Shown: one piece after another, positions 20,406 to 30,525 of the stretch | Layout: each line of letters opens with the position of its first letter | How positions within the stretch are numbered: position 1 is the first letter of the stretch | IMG/VR virus record: IMGVR_UViG_3300026488_000010 | Length of the DNA stretch: 64,000 nucleotides | Strand: one strand, 5' to 3' | Source: a virus | Notes under the pieces: model-generated | What the model was told of the DNA's origin: nothing | Databases searched by the model: none | Seen by the model: only the letters and a program-made list of their open reading frames with translations | Program-made: the position numbers and the translations under genes

Positions 20406-20947
20406 TTATTTATTTAACCATGAACCTAATAAAAGGTCCTGCATAATTGTCCCATTTGGACCAAACTCATCAGTGCTTATTATATATGGATTAATACATA
20501 TATTCCATAATTTAACTGCTGATCCTGCTGATCCAAAATTATAATTTTCTAATATATTAGAAAATTATAATTCTCTGCACCATAAAAACCATTGTGCAAT
20601 CTTATAGTGTATGGACCATATTTTTCAACATATTCAACACAGCATATTTTGAATTCAGAATCTACAAATTCTTTTGTTTTTAAGTTATCAATTGATTGTT
20701 TAGCAATCATATCTGCGTCAACGTACCAAGCATTTGTAACTTCTTTCATTCTAATATAATCTGATAAAAATGCATATGGTATAACATCAACATATCTTTC
20801 TAAATTATATTTAGAAATCATTTCATTCCCTAATAAAATATATTCATAATGTGGGTTCATATTCTTTACTGATTGCATTGCTTCTTTAATAATATGGCTA
20901 GGCTCTGGTCCTAGCCATATTTGATATATAATGTTGGGAACGTTCAT
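20406..20947 (-). pseudogene. DXD glycosyltransferase (GT32/capsular-synthesis-like), frameshifted
   Basis: IIYQIWLG, YAFLSDYIR, WYVDAD; stops at TAG 20549 but an adjacent frame continues LENYNFGSAG...LLLGSWLNK to TAA 20406. Confidence 0.65.
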
Positions 20948-21507
20948 TATATTCTTTTTAATAGTCCGGTTTGGACCTTTTGAATTTCAATACTAATCGT
21001 TCCTAAAAAATTTGTATCCATACTTTTAATAAATAGCTCTGATGAACCACTTCCATCAGGATTAATTAACAATTTTATATGGTGTCCGGCTATTGTTCCA
21101 TATAGATTAAGATTTTCATCTATGCTATTGTTTGATGGATATAATAATAATGTTTCATCATACACTGTACCTTTATCATAAGTTGTTGGTAATTTTATAG
21201 ATAATAACATTTTTAATTTAATTTTTAACTCACCAAATGGTAATATAAATTGTCCAATAGTGTTCTCAGGATACCACCCTGATCCGCCAGCTTCAATATT
21301 AAAATCAAAAATATATTTTCTAATTGCTGCATCTGACATAGAGCTCCATACAACATTATTATCTTTAAATCTTCCAAACTCATCAGTATCCAAAGCATAA
21401 ATCATTTTACCCTCAACTGGAGGATTTAATTCTAGTTCAGCTTTATTTGCTCTTCTAAAGAGTATTCCTGTATTTGTCGTATTCGCAGCATTCGCAGTAT
21501 TCGCCAT
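20947..21507 (-). CDS. Mtd_N-like domain protein
   Basis: TGILFRRANKA...GKMIYALDTDEFG; 5' region near-identical to the 19792 gene. Confidence 0.75.
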   Translation of the reverse strand: MANTANAANTTNTGILFRRANKAELELNPPVEGKMIYALDTDEFGRFKDNNVVWSSMSDAAIRKYIFDFNIEAGGSGWYPENTIGQFILPFGELKIKLKMLLSIKLPTTYDKGTVYDETLLLYPSNNSIDENLNLYGTIAGHHIKLLINPDGSGSSELFIKSMDTNFLGTISIEIQKVQTGLLKRI

Positions 21508-21512
21508 AATGG

Positions 21513-21749
21513 TTACACCAGGTTACCATCAGCTAATAAAACATTCCCGTCTCGGAATACAATATTACCATCATTCGACTCAATAATTACTTCATTATCA
21601 CCGCGATTAACTTCTGGAAAAACAACAGCAGTTATACCATATTTTCTATTTTGTCTAGACTTTACTAATTGTAATTCATCAGGAGACATTTCATCTAATC
21701 GTTCTTTTTTTGAGAATCCAAAAACTTTTAAAACTTCTGTAGTTGCCAT
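21513..21749 (-). CDS. Small hypothetical protein (paralog of 29282-29545)
   Basis: Shared NR(K/T)YG...VFPEV motif. Confidence 0.65.
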   Translation of the reverse strand: MATTEVLKVFGFSKKERLDEMSPDELQLVKSRQNRKYGITAVVFPEVNRGDNEVIIESNDGNIVFRDGNVLLADGNLV

Positions 21750-21752
21750 AGT

Positions 21753-22169
21753 TTATCCTTGTCTTTTAACTGATCTTAAATCTGTTCTAAACTTTGTCGG
21801 TAATTTTCCAGCACCTGCTAATCGTAATTTTGTTTGATCAATAGCATGTTTATCTGATTCTGTGTATCCAATTGGAATTGGAGAGTTAGTAATATTTGTA
21901 GCTTTAGATGCAAGATGTATCATATCTTTTTGAGCAGGACTAATAGGAGGAGCCATTTCTTCAATAGCTTTAATAAATGCTGTTTCTAGAATTATTCTAG
22001 TACTCTCCATTAAACCATTATCAATCAATATTTTACGAGCTTGCATAGTCGATTCATTGATCATCATTTTTAATTGTAATGTTTTAATTTCCGATAATGA
22101 GTCTGATTCTTCTAATACTCCGAGACTGTAACGATTTCTAATATTTTCTAAAATTAAATCTAATTTCAT
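21753..22169 (-). CDS. MKLDL-family putative prohead core/internal protein
   Basis: About 70-aa N-domain shared with 35618 and 36193 (MKLDL.LEN.RN.Y.LG.LEES). Confidence 0.75.
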   Translation of the reverse strand: MKLDLILENIRNRYSLGVLEESDSLSEIKTLQLKMMINESTMQARKILIDNGLMESTRIILETAFIKAIEEMAPPISPAQKDMIHLASKATNITNSPIPIGYTESDKHAIDQTKLRLAGAGKLPTKFRTDLRSVKRQG

Positions 22170-22413
22170 ATATCATCCTTTATTGTTGGAGCTAGAACGC
22201 TCCTTTAATTTTCTATTGTTTATTTGCTTGCATATTCGATTCATTGATCATCATTTTTAATTGTAATGTTTTAATTTCCGATAATGCGTCTGATTCTTCT
22301 AATACTCCGAGACTGTAACGATTTCTAATATTTTCTAAAATTAAATCTAATTTCATATATCATCCTTTATTGTTGGAGCTAGAACGCTCCTTTAATTTTC
22401 TATTGTTTATTTG
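22051..22413. repeat. 176-bp near-perfect tandem duplication (period 187 bp)
   Basis: 22051-22226 vs 22238-22413, one mismatch seen (GAGTCT/GCGTCT). Confidence 0.9.
22213..22356 (-). pseudogene. Truncated 47-aa duplicate of the MKLDL N-domain
   Basis: MKLDLILENIRNRYSLGVLEESDALSEIKTLQLKMMINESNMQANKQ*, carrying its own copied SD. Confidence 0.7.
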
Positions 22414-22524
22414 TTTATATAGCTTCTTTTTGAGATCACGTTCTTCACTAATGATTGGATCATCTAATCCAAAACTTTTAAACATAGTGCTGACATCTTC
22501 AGCACTTCGCATAATTTTAATCAT
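22360..22524 (-). CDS. Small hypothetical protein (54 aa)
   Basis: Hand-translated MIKIMRSAEDVSTMFKSFG...; AAGGA SD; fills an operon gap. Confidence 0.5.
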   Translation of the reverse strand: MIKIMRSAEDVSTMFKSFGLDDPIISEERDLKKKLYKQINNRKLKERSSSNNKG

Positions 22525-22533
22525 AATAATCCT

Positions 22534-25419
22534 TTATATATAAGTAGGTGATGGCGATTTTGCACCGCCTGTAAAATCAAAATATATTTCTGATATATTT
22601 AAAGTCGGTGCTCCATCTACTATAGCATCGTTTGCATGTAATGATGAAGCTGTACCATCTGTGATATCTTCAGGACAAGCTCGTCTATGAGTTGTAACAC
22701 CATCTGTAACCATAACGGCCTCATTAACATCTATGGGGCCGTCATCGGCCCCATCTAACACTATACCAACAAACAATAGATCTTTAACTTTACTATTTAA
22801 ACAAGTGTTTGTTGCAGTGTATGGGTGTGATGCTCCGGAATGTCTAATAGATTCAGACATGCTAGATAAATACATTACAAACAAAATATAATCTCCACCA
22901 TCAATAGTGTATTGCAATGTTAGTGTATTTGTTACAAATTGTTCAAATATTTCATCACCGTATTGGTTATCTTGTGATAACACAACTGTTTTTCCTTCTG
23001 ATACACCATTAACTATTCCACTAAAAGCTCCACCATAATGATAATCACCACTAAAGTTTACACTAGCAACTTTTAAATCTAAGACTTTTTCAACTCTCGC
23101 ATCATCTGCTAATTTTAATTTTACCTTAACATCTTTTGCTACACCACCTTGAAATGTTGGAACTATAAATTCTCTAAAAACTGGCTCAGGTGTTCCTTGA
23201 TCAGGTAATCCTTGAGTATAACAATCATAAATTGAATAATCTGCTAAGTTTTCATAATCTAAAGGTTTAGTTAAATCAATTTCAACTCTATTAAAATCTA
23301 AAGTTGGAATATCATCATAGAATGTTTCAACTTCTAATAAACCAGCTGGATCACAAACATCTATTATTGGTTGATTATTAATACCGTCCATGTAAACTCG
23401 TTCATCGTATTGTTCCCCATTCATATAAGCGTATTCTATAGGCTCTGATGCACCATGTCCTACAGTACCCATTGATAATTGGACAAGCTTTTTAATCTTT
23501 AAAGCTAAACAAGTGTTTTCTTGATCTCTAACTTCTTGACCAAATACTGATGTAACTTGTTGACTTAACATATTGGTATAATCTAAAATAAACCATTTCT
23601 CGACACCATCAATTAGTATATCTACTCGCAGATTCTTTTGAACTAGTTCACCAATTTTTACTGAATCATATGCACTTGGGCCAGAACCCAACACAACTTC
23701 ATTACCATAATATAATGTTCCAGATCGATCAGTAAAACTTGATCCTAATATTTCAATATCAGACATTCCAGAACCATCATTAATTTTAAGATGTAAATTA
23801 ATATCACAACCCGTTATTGGTATATAAAAGTCGGCATATGTTGGAACAGGTTTAATACCTACGGGTATTTCTCCTTCAATATATGTATTATTTCTAATCA
23901 TAGAATCTGAAAAATATGTATACTCTGCAGATATGTCTTGAGATATTAAATTGATTTTTCGTGAACAAGCATCAACTTTAAAATAATCAAAGAATCTGTT
24001 TGGGCCGATCTCATCAATTAAATATGCAGGTGTCTGTACTAATTTATTATCAACATACACATCATATGATCTTTGATAAGCATTGTCATAATCTTCAAAG
24101 AATTTAAATTTAAAGTTTGCTGGATCATCAACATTCGTAATCTCTAGCGCGCATTTGTTTGAAGATTTCGGCTCAGATATAACGATAGATTTTGCATCTC
24201 TCATTGGATCCAGTTGTTGAACATCTACTTTAGCATTTGACGCAACATCTAAATATTCATCAAAATACCATTTATACTCATCATTACATGTACATGATCT
24301 AATATGTTTTACTTTAATAATATTTGATAATGCCACTAATTTGTAAGGGACAAATGATTCATGAACTTCAATTTGTACTTCAATATTGCCAAGTTGTGCA
24401 TAAGCATTAGCAAATAAGAAATAATAATTCAGAAGCGTCGGTGCGCCAGCATGTGCGAAGAATCTACTCTTCCATCCAGTAGGAACACTTGCATCGCTAC
24501 CATATTGTTGAATACCTGTTCCGCGAACACGCATACTCATAATATGTCCAGGATTTCCACCAGCCGTTAAAAAATTATCGATTCTAGCAGCTGTTAAATC
24601 AACTGTAAATATTGGTGCACCTGCAATTGATTCATCATAGTTTGTTGTATAGTCTCTTTTTGCACAATCAGAAGCTTCTAATAAATCAACAGTTATTTTT
24701 CCCACACTTTCAAATAATAATTCCTTAGTTGATGTTGTTGATGTTGTAACTACTTTTGCATATGCTCTATTTGTACCTCCGAATGTACTAAATGTTTTAG
24801 TACGAATCTTTGAGACACCATCTGCATTTGCACCATTTATAATTTCAAAATCTACACCAACTCTAAGCGTTTGAACTTTAGTATTATTTAAAAATATTTG
24901 AATTTCTGTAATGTTTTGTGAATCTGAATTAAATTCAAATTGAACAGTACTTTCACTCAAATCAATTACTTGAAGTTCATCGGTGTTTATAGTATCAGCT
25001 AAAAATGTTGGATATAATAAGGCTCCAGAAGGATAATTATATTGTTGTTTAGAACTTCTTGAAATAACATCTATATCTATAGCTGCAGTATTTATTGAAT
25101 TTACTATACTGTTTAATTTAATTTTAACGATTTCTCTATTTCTAGAATCTATTCGTTTAACTAATTTGCCATCTTCATAAACTTTAATTGTTTTAGGTTC
25201 ATTTTTTGAACCATCATCGTTTATATATAATACCAATTCATTATCATTCGCGACAGCTAAAACGGTTTCACCTAAATACATATTAGGAAATATATAGTTA
25301 TCGTTATATCTATTTAATTCTTTTTTTGTATCATTAATTACTTTTGATGCCTCAACGCCTTCTTCTAAGAAGACATCTTTGGATTTAATTGAATCTATTT
25401 TGTTTGTTAATATTCTCAT
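22534..25419 (-). CDS. Large beta-rich putative virion protein (961 aa)
   Basis: Long ORF within the fibre region; no motif recognised. Confidence 0.75.
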   Translation of the reverse strand: MRILTNKIDSIKSKDVFLEEGVEASKVINDTKKELNRYNDNYIFPNMYLGETVLAVANDNELVLYINDDGSKNEPKTIKVYEDGKLVKRIDSRNREIVKIKLNSIVNSINTAAIDIDVISRSSKQQYNYPSGALLYPTFLADTINTDELQVIDLSESTVQFEFNSDSQNITEIQIFLNNTKVQTLRVGVDFEIINGANADGVSKIRTKTFSTFGGTNRAYAKVVTTSTTSTKELLFESVGKITVDLLEASDCAKRDYTTNYDESIAGAPIFTVDLTAARIDNFLTAGGNPGHIMSMRVRGTGIQQYGSDASVPTGWKSRFFAHAGAPTLLNYYFLFANAYAQLGNIEVQIEVHESFVPYKLVALSNIIKVKHIRSCTCNDEYKWYFDEYLDVASNAKVDVQQLDPMRDAKSIVISEPKSSNKCALEITNVDDPANFKFKFFEDYDNAYQRSYDVYVDNKLVQTPAYLIDEIGPNRFFDYFKVDACSRKINLISQDISAEYTYFSDSMIRNNTYIEGEIPVGIKPVPTYADFYIPITGCDINLHLKINDGSGMSDIEILGSSFTDRSGTLYYGNEVVLGSGPSAYDSVKIGELVQKNLRVDILIDGVEKWFILDYTNMLSQQVTSVFGQEVRDQENTCLALKIKKLVQLSMGTVGHGASEPIEYAYMNGEQYDERVYMDGINNQPIIDVCDPAGLLEVETFYDDIPTLDFNRVEIDLTKPLDYENLADYSIYDCYTQGLPDQGTPEPVFREFIVPTFQGGVAKDVKVKLKLADDARVEKVLDLKVASVNFSGDYHYGGAFSGIVNGVSEGKTVVLSQDNQYGDEIFEQFVTNTLTLQYTIDGGDYILFVMYLSSMSESIRHSGASHPYTATNTCLNSKVKDLLFVGIVLDGADDGPIDVNEAVMVTDGVTTHRRACPEDITDGTASSLHANDAIVDGAPTLNISEIYFDFTGGAKSPSPTYI

Positions 25420-25427
25420 CTTTTATC

Positions 25428-25820
25428 CTAAATTACATAATATACTGTTCCAACTAAATGTGAAGCGGTTTCAGCTTCGGTTGGAATATGGTCCATTATG
25501 ATTGGTTTATTTGGTTTTGGTACCCATACACCATTATATTTGAACCATTCTTTATATGTTACAACACCATTATCATCTTGATATTGTATATAACTATCAT
25601 TCTCTGCACCAACAGAAGTTAATGGTGGAATACTTCCTGATAGTTTTCCAGAGTTAAGTTTTTTCCAAACAACTTCATTATTAACTAACCATCCATGCTC
25701 CGAAGTATCTGTTGCAAAAACAATCTCATTAGGAACAATTGCAACATTTCCTGTCCAGTTTGCTCCTATACCATTTACTAGTTCAGCTTTCGTGCCGAAT
25801 CTTAAAATTACACCCGTCAT
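25428..25820 (-). CDS. Mtd_N-like domain protein
   Basis: GVILRFGTKAEL...NEIVFATDTSEHGW. Confidence 0.75.
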   Translation of the reverse strand: MTGVILRFGTKAELVNGIGANWTGNVAIVPNEIVFATDTSEHGWLVNNEVVWKKLNSGKLSGSIPPLTSVGAENDSYIQYQDDNGVVTYKEWFKYNGVWVPKPNKPIIMDHIPTEAETASHLVGTVYYVI

Positions 25821-25821
25821 C

Positions 25822-26691
25822 TTAATTCTCCATCTCGTGATAAATTGTACCTAACACATCATTATACTTACTAGCAGATTCTGTATTTTGACGATGTATC
25901 TTTGGAATAGCTGATTTTTCTAACCATGTGTCACCAACTTTATAATACTCAATATATGCATAGTCTACTTCATATGGAACAACCATTGTAAATTTAGGAA
26001 CATTCATTTCATCCCACACAGAACTCAATAATTCTTGATCAGTTAATACATCTTTTATTTTTGATAAATCATACATTTCGCTAGTGTATTTAAGATCAAC
26101 ACCATAAACAACAATGGAACCATTTAAGTATGGAAATATTTTAGTAGGTTCGAATGTTATATTTACATCATTAATTCTAAAAGATGATAGAACTAATTGA
26201 TCATCACCTACATTTGAGTTAGGTAAAAATAATTCCATGATAAAATATTCTTCTGCACCATGTTTTTCTTTAATTAAAATTATAGCCACTTCTAATTTTG
26301 GTGCGCCTGGTGGAGATACAACTTTTCCATATATACGATTCATAAATATAATATTCGTTGCTAACGATAGAATTTCCATGGTCACAGTTTCACCTGTGTC
26401 TGGGTCAATATTAGTTTCATGCCTCATACTATCTAATGAAATAATATATGGTATTTCTGTTTGAACATTATTTATTGGTAGTTTGATATAAATTGAACCA
26501 TCTTTTCCTTCATCAGCTGATGGAAAATCTGTCCCTACTAAGACATCGCGCCCAAGTTTATTCCAAATCATTCGATTAGCAGAACTCTTCCAACCATGTT
26601 CTTCAGTATCAGTTGCGAAAACAATTTCACCAACCTCAACACCTTCTGATTCTAAATCAGCTTTCAAACCATTTCTATATAAAATTGCCAT
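25822..26691 (-). CDS. Mtd_N-like domain protein
   Basis: ILYRNGLKADL...GEIVFATDTEEHGW. Confidence 0.75.
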   Translation of the reverse strand: MAILYRNGLKADLESEGVEVGEIVFATDTEEHGWKSSANRMIWNKLGRDVLVGTDFPSADEGKDGSIYIKLPINNVQTEIPYIISLDSMRHETNIDPDTGETVTMEILSLATNIIFMNRIYGKVVSPPGAPKLEVAIILIKEKHGAEEYFIMELFLPNSNVGDDQLVLSSFRINDVNITFEPTKIFPYLNGSIVVYGVDLKYTSEMYDLSKIKDVLTDQELLSSVWDEMNVPKFTMVVPYEVDYAYIEYYKVGDTWLEKSAIPKIHRQNTESASKYNDVLGTIYHEMEN

Positions 26692-26701
26692 TTATTTTTC
26701 C

Positions 26702-28144
26702 TTAACAAGCATTAGGATTGATATAATTTAATCCTGATTCACTATTAATTAATGCTACATCTGCTGCAGATGGAGCAGTAAGAGCCGGACAATTATCAAC
26801 AACAATTGCTGATTTTATTGTTTTATTTGCAGTATTGATATTTGAAACACATTCTAATGATGTACAATTCTGTAACATATATGCTGCATAAATCGATGCG
26901 GACATATCAATATCTAATGTTACTAATGATGAACAATTTTTAAATGTTTCAGCGAATGTCTCAACCTTAGATGTGTCCAAATCAACAATTGTTGTTAAAG
27001 ATGTACATCCACTAAATAGCCCCGATACGATAATTAGATTCGGAGCGTTAAATGTTGCAGTAACTAATGATGAACAACCCATTAAACCATCAGAAATATT
27101 TGTAGCTAGAGTATTTATAGTAATATTAACCACAGATGATCTTTCAAATGTACTAAACATATCAATAACTGATGGCGCATTAAGTACTACATTTTGTAAA
27201 TTTGTTTTATAAAACATTCGATCAATTAATTTACAATTGTTGATATTAATCGTAACGTCAGTGCTTGAAAAGGTTGCATATCTAAATGCATCAGTCATAT
27301 TATGAAAATCTAAAGTTATAATATTATTTGAGGGAACAGTTAATGAACAATCTTTAAATGTTCCAGCTATGATTGCGGAGTTTGGTATAGTGTTTATAAA
27401 CCCTTCTAAATCTGTAAAGTCTGATGATTCAAAAGTATTTGTCCAATAATCAACTGCACTTAAATCCATACTAGGCAAAGTTGTCATACCCGAACTAGCG
27501 AATGTACTTTCAAGTGCTTTTATGTCACATGTTCCTTGAACCGTAACATTTTGGAGGGCTACACAATCTTCAAATGTGCTAATCCATGTGTCACTTTTAA
27601 CATTACCATTTATATATACATTAAGTAATAGTGAGTTATCAATAAATGTTTCATTAAAATGTTTTTGAGTAATATCACAATTAAATGTTATAGTTGTACA
27701 ATTGGTATCAGTTACCCCACCAAAAAGAGTAACTGCTGATATATCATTAAATGTTACTGAAGTAATTCTAGCACCTCTAATTGCTAAAACATATACTTCG
27801 GTGTTTGGAACCATCGATTCAAATGTATATACTCCACCTTGTGTATAACCTCTCATAGAACCATCATCGAATTGATCATATTTGATTGTGCCATCCGGTA
27901 ATGTTATTTTAAACATACATGATGAATAGACGCTAGGGCGACCGCTATAACTATCAGATAAATCTTCTGTTATTGTTAAAGAAAATGATAAACCAATATC
28001 AGGTTTAAATAGTTTTTGTAGTCCATGTTCAGTTTTTATATATCCATCAATCACTGGAACAATTTGATCTTGAATTTTTGTATTTATTTTTAAAACTTGC
28101 TTATTTATACCATCAGCTGTTTTAATTTTAAAATTTGGTATCAT
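26702..28144 (-). CDS. BspA/DUF285-type leucine-rich-repeat protein (putative receptor-binding)
   Basis: LDTSKVETFAETFKNCSSLVTLD and repeated TF..C..L motifs. Confidence 0.75.
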   Translation of the reverse strand: MIPNFKIKTADGINKQVLKINTKIQDQIVPVIDGYIKTEHGLQKLFKPDIGLSFSLTITEDLSDSYSGRPSVYSSCMFKITLPDGTIKYDQFDDGSMRGYTQGGVYTFESMVPNTEVYVLAIRGARITSVTFNDISAVTLFGGVTDTNCTTITFNCDITQKHFNETFIDNSLLLNVYINGNVKSDTWISTFEDCVALQNVTVQGTCDIKALESTFASSGMTTLPSMDLSAVDYWTNTFESSDFTDLEGFINTIPNSAIIAGTFKDCSLTVPSNNIITLDFHNMTDAFRYATFSSTDVTININNCKLIDRMFYKTNLQNVVLNAPSVIDMFSTFERSSVVNITINTLATNISDGLMGCSSLVTATFNAPNLIIVSGLFSGCTSLTTIVDLDTSKVETFAETFKNCSSLVTLDIDMSASIYAAYMLQNCTSLECVSNINTANKTIKSAIVVDNCPALTAPSAADVALINSESGLNYINPNAC

Positions 28145-28153
28145 TATTATTCC

Positions 28154-29008
28154 TTATATTGTATAATATATTGTGCCATTTGGCTCATAATCAACGTTTT
28201 CGTTTGTTAATTCTTTAGTTGAAATTACAGGAGTATTTATTTTTTTACCCCATTGACCATTCAATTTTATCCATTCTTGAAACTCGTATCTTTGAACAAT
28301 TGTAATTTGAACAATAAATTCTTTTTGATCTCGAATATTTGTCGCGAGGTCTCTAAATGGTGCATATTCAATACCTCTTTTCGTAACAGGCTCAGCATTA
28401 ACTAATACTCCCATGTGATATTCAGGAAAACCTTCTAAAAGAGTTAACTCCATTGTACCAAAAGATAGCTTATCATAAGTGTGAGTTAAATCATATTCTA
28501 ATGGTAACTCACCATTAGAATTCAATATTTTGAATTTTGATATAAATTGATTATGATCACCTGGTGTAATCAATAAAAATATTGCTAAATCAACTTGTTC
28601 AGCGATTTCATCAATATTATCAACATCCATACCCAATGCAAAGTCATGATACATTGTTGGCGTACATGAACCTTTTTCAGCATGACCTGCTAATAGCTCA
28701 TCACCTTGGAATAATGACAATCCTTTAGAAACATAGAAGCCATCAGTACAATAAATTTTATAAGTTTCAGTGTATTCTTTTGGAAGTTGAGGATATTGAA
28801 TATATTCATCTCTATCTGAACCAATCGTTGAATCTGGTTCTCGCTCACCAGTTAGTAAATCATCAAGATTTCTCCAAACTATTTGTCCATTAGCTATCCA
28901 TCCATGTTCGTGTGTATCAAGAGCAAATACGATTTCACCGATAGCAATACCAGCAGTAATTAAATCTTCTTTTGAACCTCTGCGTTGCAATAATGTATTA
29001 TCTTGCAT
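28154..29008 (-). CDS. Mtd_N-like domain protein
   Basis: LLQRRGSKEDL...GEIVFALDTHEHGW; C-terminal W.K...PVI...GTIYY shared with 25428 and 25822. Confidence 0.75.
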   Translation of the reverse strand: MQDNTLLQRRGSKEDLITAGIAIGEIVFALDTHEHGWIANGQIVWRNLDDLLTGEREPDSTIGSDRDEYIQYPQLPKEYTETYKIYCTDGFYVSKGLSLFQGDELLAGHAEKGSCTPTMYHDFALGMDVDNIDEIAEQVDLAIFLLITPGDHNQFISKFKILNSNGELPLEYDLTHTYDKLSFGTMELTLLEGFPEYHMGVLVNAEPVTKRGIEYAPFRDLATNIRDQKEFIVQITIVQRYEFQEWIKLNGQWGKKINTPVISTKELTNENVDYEPNGTIYYTI

Positions 29009-29279
29009 TTGAAATCTCCTCTGAATGTACTTTATTTTTAAATTCTAATTTGCGTACTTGAATTTCAGGTACCCACATTATCTGACCATTAATAACTCTA
29101 CCAACATAATTATAATCAAATGGTTTTAGAAACATATTTGAAGTTAATTCATCATTTTCCCACATCTTCATAATTTTTTCTTTTGATCTTTGGATAATTA
29201 TTATATTAACTTCATCTTTTTTTGTTATATTATCTAATACATGTTTACCTGCAAATTTCAAATTTTTAATTGCTAACAT
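28998..29279 (-). CDS. Hypothetical protein
   Basis: 93-aa ORF in operon. Confidence 0.55.
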   Translation of the reverse strand: MLAIKNLKFAGKHVLDNITKKDEVNIIIIQRSKEKIMKMWENDELTSNMFLKPFDYNYVGRVINGQIMWVPEIQVRKLEFKNKVHSEEISNAR

Positions 29280-29281
29280 GT

Positions 29282-29545
29282 CTATCTCCCATCTACTGTA
29301 TTGTTTGAATTACCATTAAGTAAATAAACATTACCATCGTTATTTGAACTAGGTATGATTACAACATTACCAGTACCTGTGCCGTCAGATGGTGGCACAT
29401 ATGGATCTACTGGAGCCGTTGATACTTCCGGAAATACAAAAATACTTTTACCATATGTTCTATTATTATATTTATCTAATAACGCTTCATCCGTATCAGC
29501 ACTATACTTATTTCTATTTGCGCCTGATTCTAATACTCTTGCCAT
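29282..29545 (-). CDS. Small hypothetical protein (paralog of 21513)
   Basis: NNRTYGKSIFVFPEV. Confidence 0.65.
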   Translation of the reverse strand: MARVLESGANRNKYSADTDEALLDKYNNRTYGKSIFVFPEVSTAPVDPYVPPSDGTGTGNVVIIPSSNNDGNVYLLNGNSNNTVDGR

Positions 29546-30285
29546 TATTTTTCTCCATTTTGTACTATATATTCTTTTAAATTATATTCTATTGAGTCAA
29601 AGTGATCTGCAATGAAATCACCTGACCAATCATGCACTATTTTTATCTTCGCGGATATTGTATCAGCAAATGGTCTAATTCCACCCAACATCGTAGCTGG
29701 AAATTCTAAGAATGCATAACTTGGCCCTTTATCTCCAATAACTGATTGTGACATTACAAGCTCTCCATCAATTCCAAATGATACAGGAGTATCAATCACA
29801 ACAATGTCTCGATACACTTCGAGTTCACCATTACTAGGATTATAATAATAAAATAATTCTAGTTCAAAATTTCCAGCCCAAACATCTTTCTTTACTGATG
29901 TTTGTGTTGGTTGAGGATCACTCATTGGATCAACTACCCCATTATACACTATTGTGAAATCAACATATACTTTAAAAGGTAATGATATAACACCTTCATT
30001 CAATACAGTATCTATAAGGTCCATAGGTATTGCATCAGTTATTCCAAACTTTGGATAAACATTATATCTAAATGATGAATATCTAACCATATCAGTTATA
30101 TCACTATCGATTGTTACAAATGATGTCGGGGCCTCTTTTAATTTCATAAATGTTAGAATACCTTTTGATAAATAACATATCTCTTCAGTATCTGTAGTAT
30201 ATGCTAATTCACCTTCTATTGGTGGATCTAGCTCAAGTTCAGCTTTAAGTTTTCGTCTTAAAATGATTCCAGAATCTGCCATCAT
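29545..30285 (-). CDS. Mtd_N-like domain protein
   Basis: SGIILRRKLKAEL..DPPIEGELAYTTDTEE. Confidence 0.75.
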   Translation of the reverse strand: MMADSGIILRRKLKAELELDPPIEGELAYTTDTEEICYLSKGILTFMKLKEAPTSFVTIDSDITDMVRYSSFRYNVYPKFGITDAIPMDLIDTVLNEGVISLPFKVYVDFTIVYNGVVDPMSDPQPTQTSVKKDVWAGNFELELFYYYNPSNGELEVYRDIVVIDTPVSFGIDGELVMSQSVIGDKGPSYAFLEFPATMLGGIRPFADTISAKIKIVHDWSGDFIADHFDSIEYNLKEYIVQNGEK

Positions 30286-30482
30286 TTACTCCTATTTGCA
30301 TCATGCATAATTGAGTGTAATGGTTTTTTTAATGGATCAAAGTCAACAGCTTCTTTGACATCATCTGCGTGTGAACCGATTGCTGCACCTACTGCTGCTG
30401 CACCCATCCCTGCTGCACCCATCCCTGCGAGAATCTTCATCTCTTCTATAATAAATGATTTATTTATTTTCATATTTTTCAT
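30282..30482 (-). CDS. Leader-bearing Gly/Ala-rich small protein
   Basis: MKINKSFIIEE-MKILAGMGAAGMGAAAVGAAIG. Confidence 0.7.
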   Translation of the reverse strand: MKNMKINKSFIIEEMKILAGMGAAGMGAAAVGAAIGSHADDVKEAVDFDPLKKPLHSIMHDANRSK

Positions 30483-30490
30483 ATTTTTCC

Positions 30491-30520
30491 TTTTCTATCT
30501 TTATCGATAAAGATCGTTTT
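30491..30520. repeat. Palindrome-family copy (mixed half-sites)
   Basis: TTTTCTATCTTTATCGATAAAGATCGTTTT. Confidence 0.9.
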
Positions 30521-30525
30521 GTAAT

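Noticed and set aside
20549-20551. Stop-codon reassignment (TAG read as Gln)
   Set aside because: Reading through this TAG hits another stop without reaching the GSW motif; standard-code ORFs already tile the window, and several genes end in TAG inside terminator hairpins
9062-30285. Diversity-generating retroelement suggested by the Mtd_N-like domains
   Set aside because: No reverse transcriptase and no TR/VR pair with adenine-specific mismatches seen in this window
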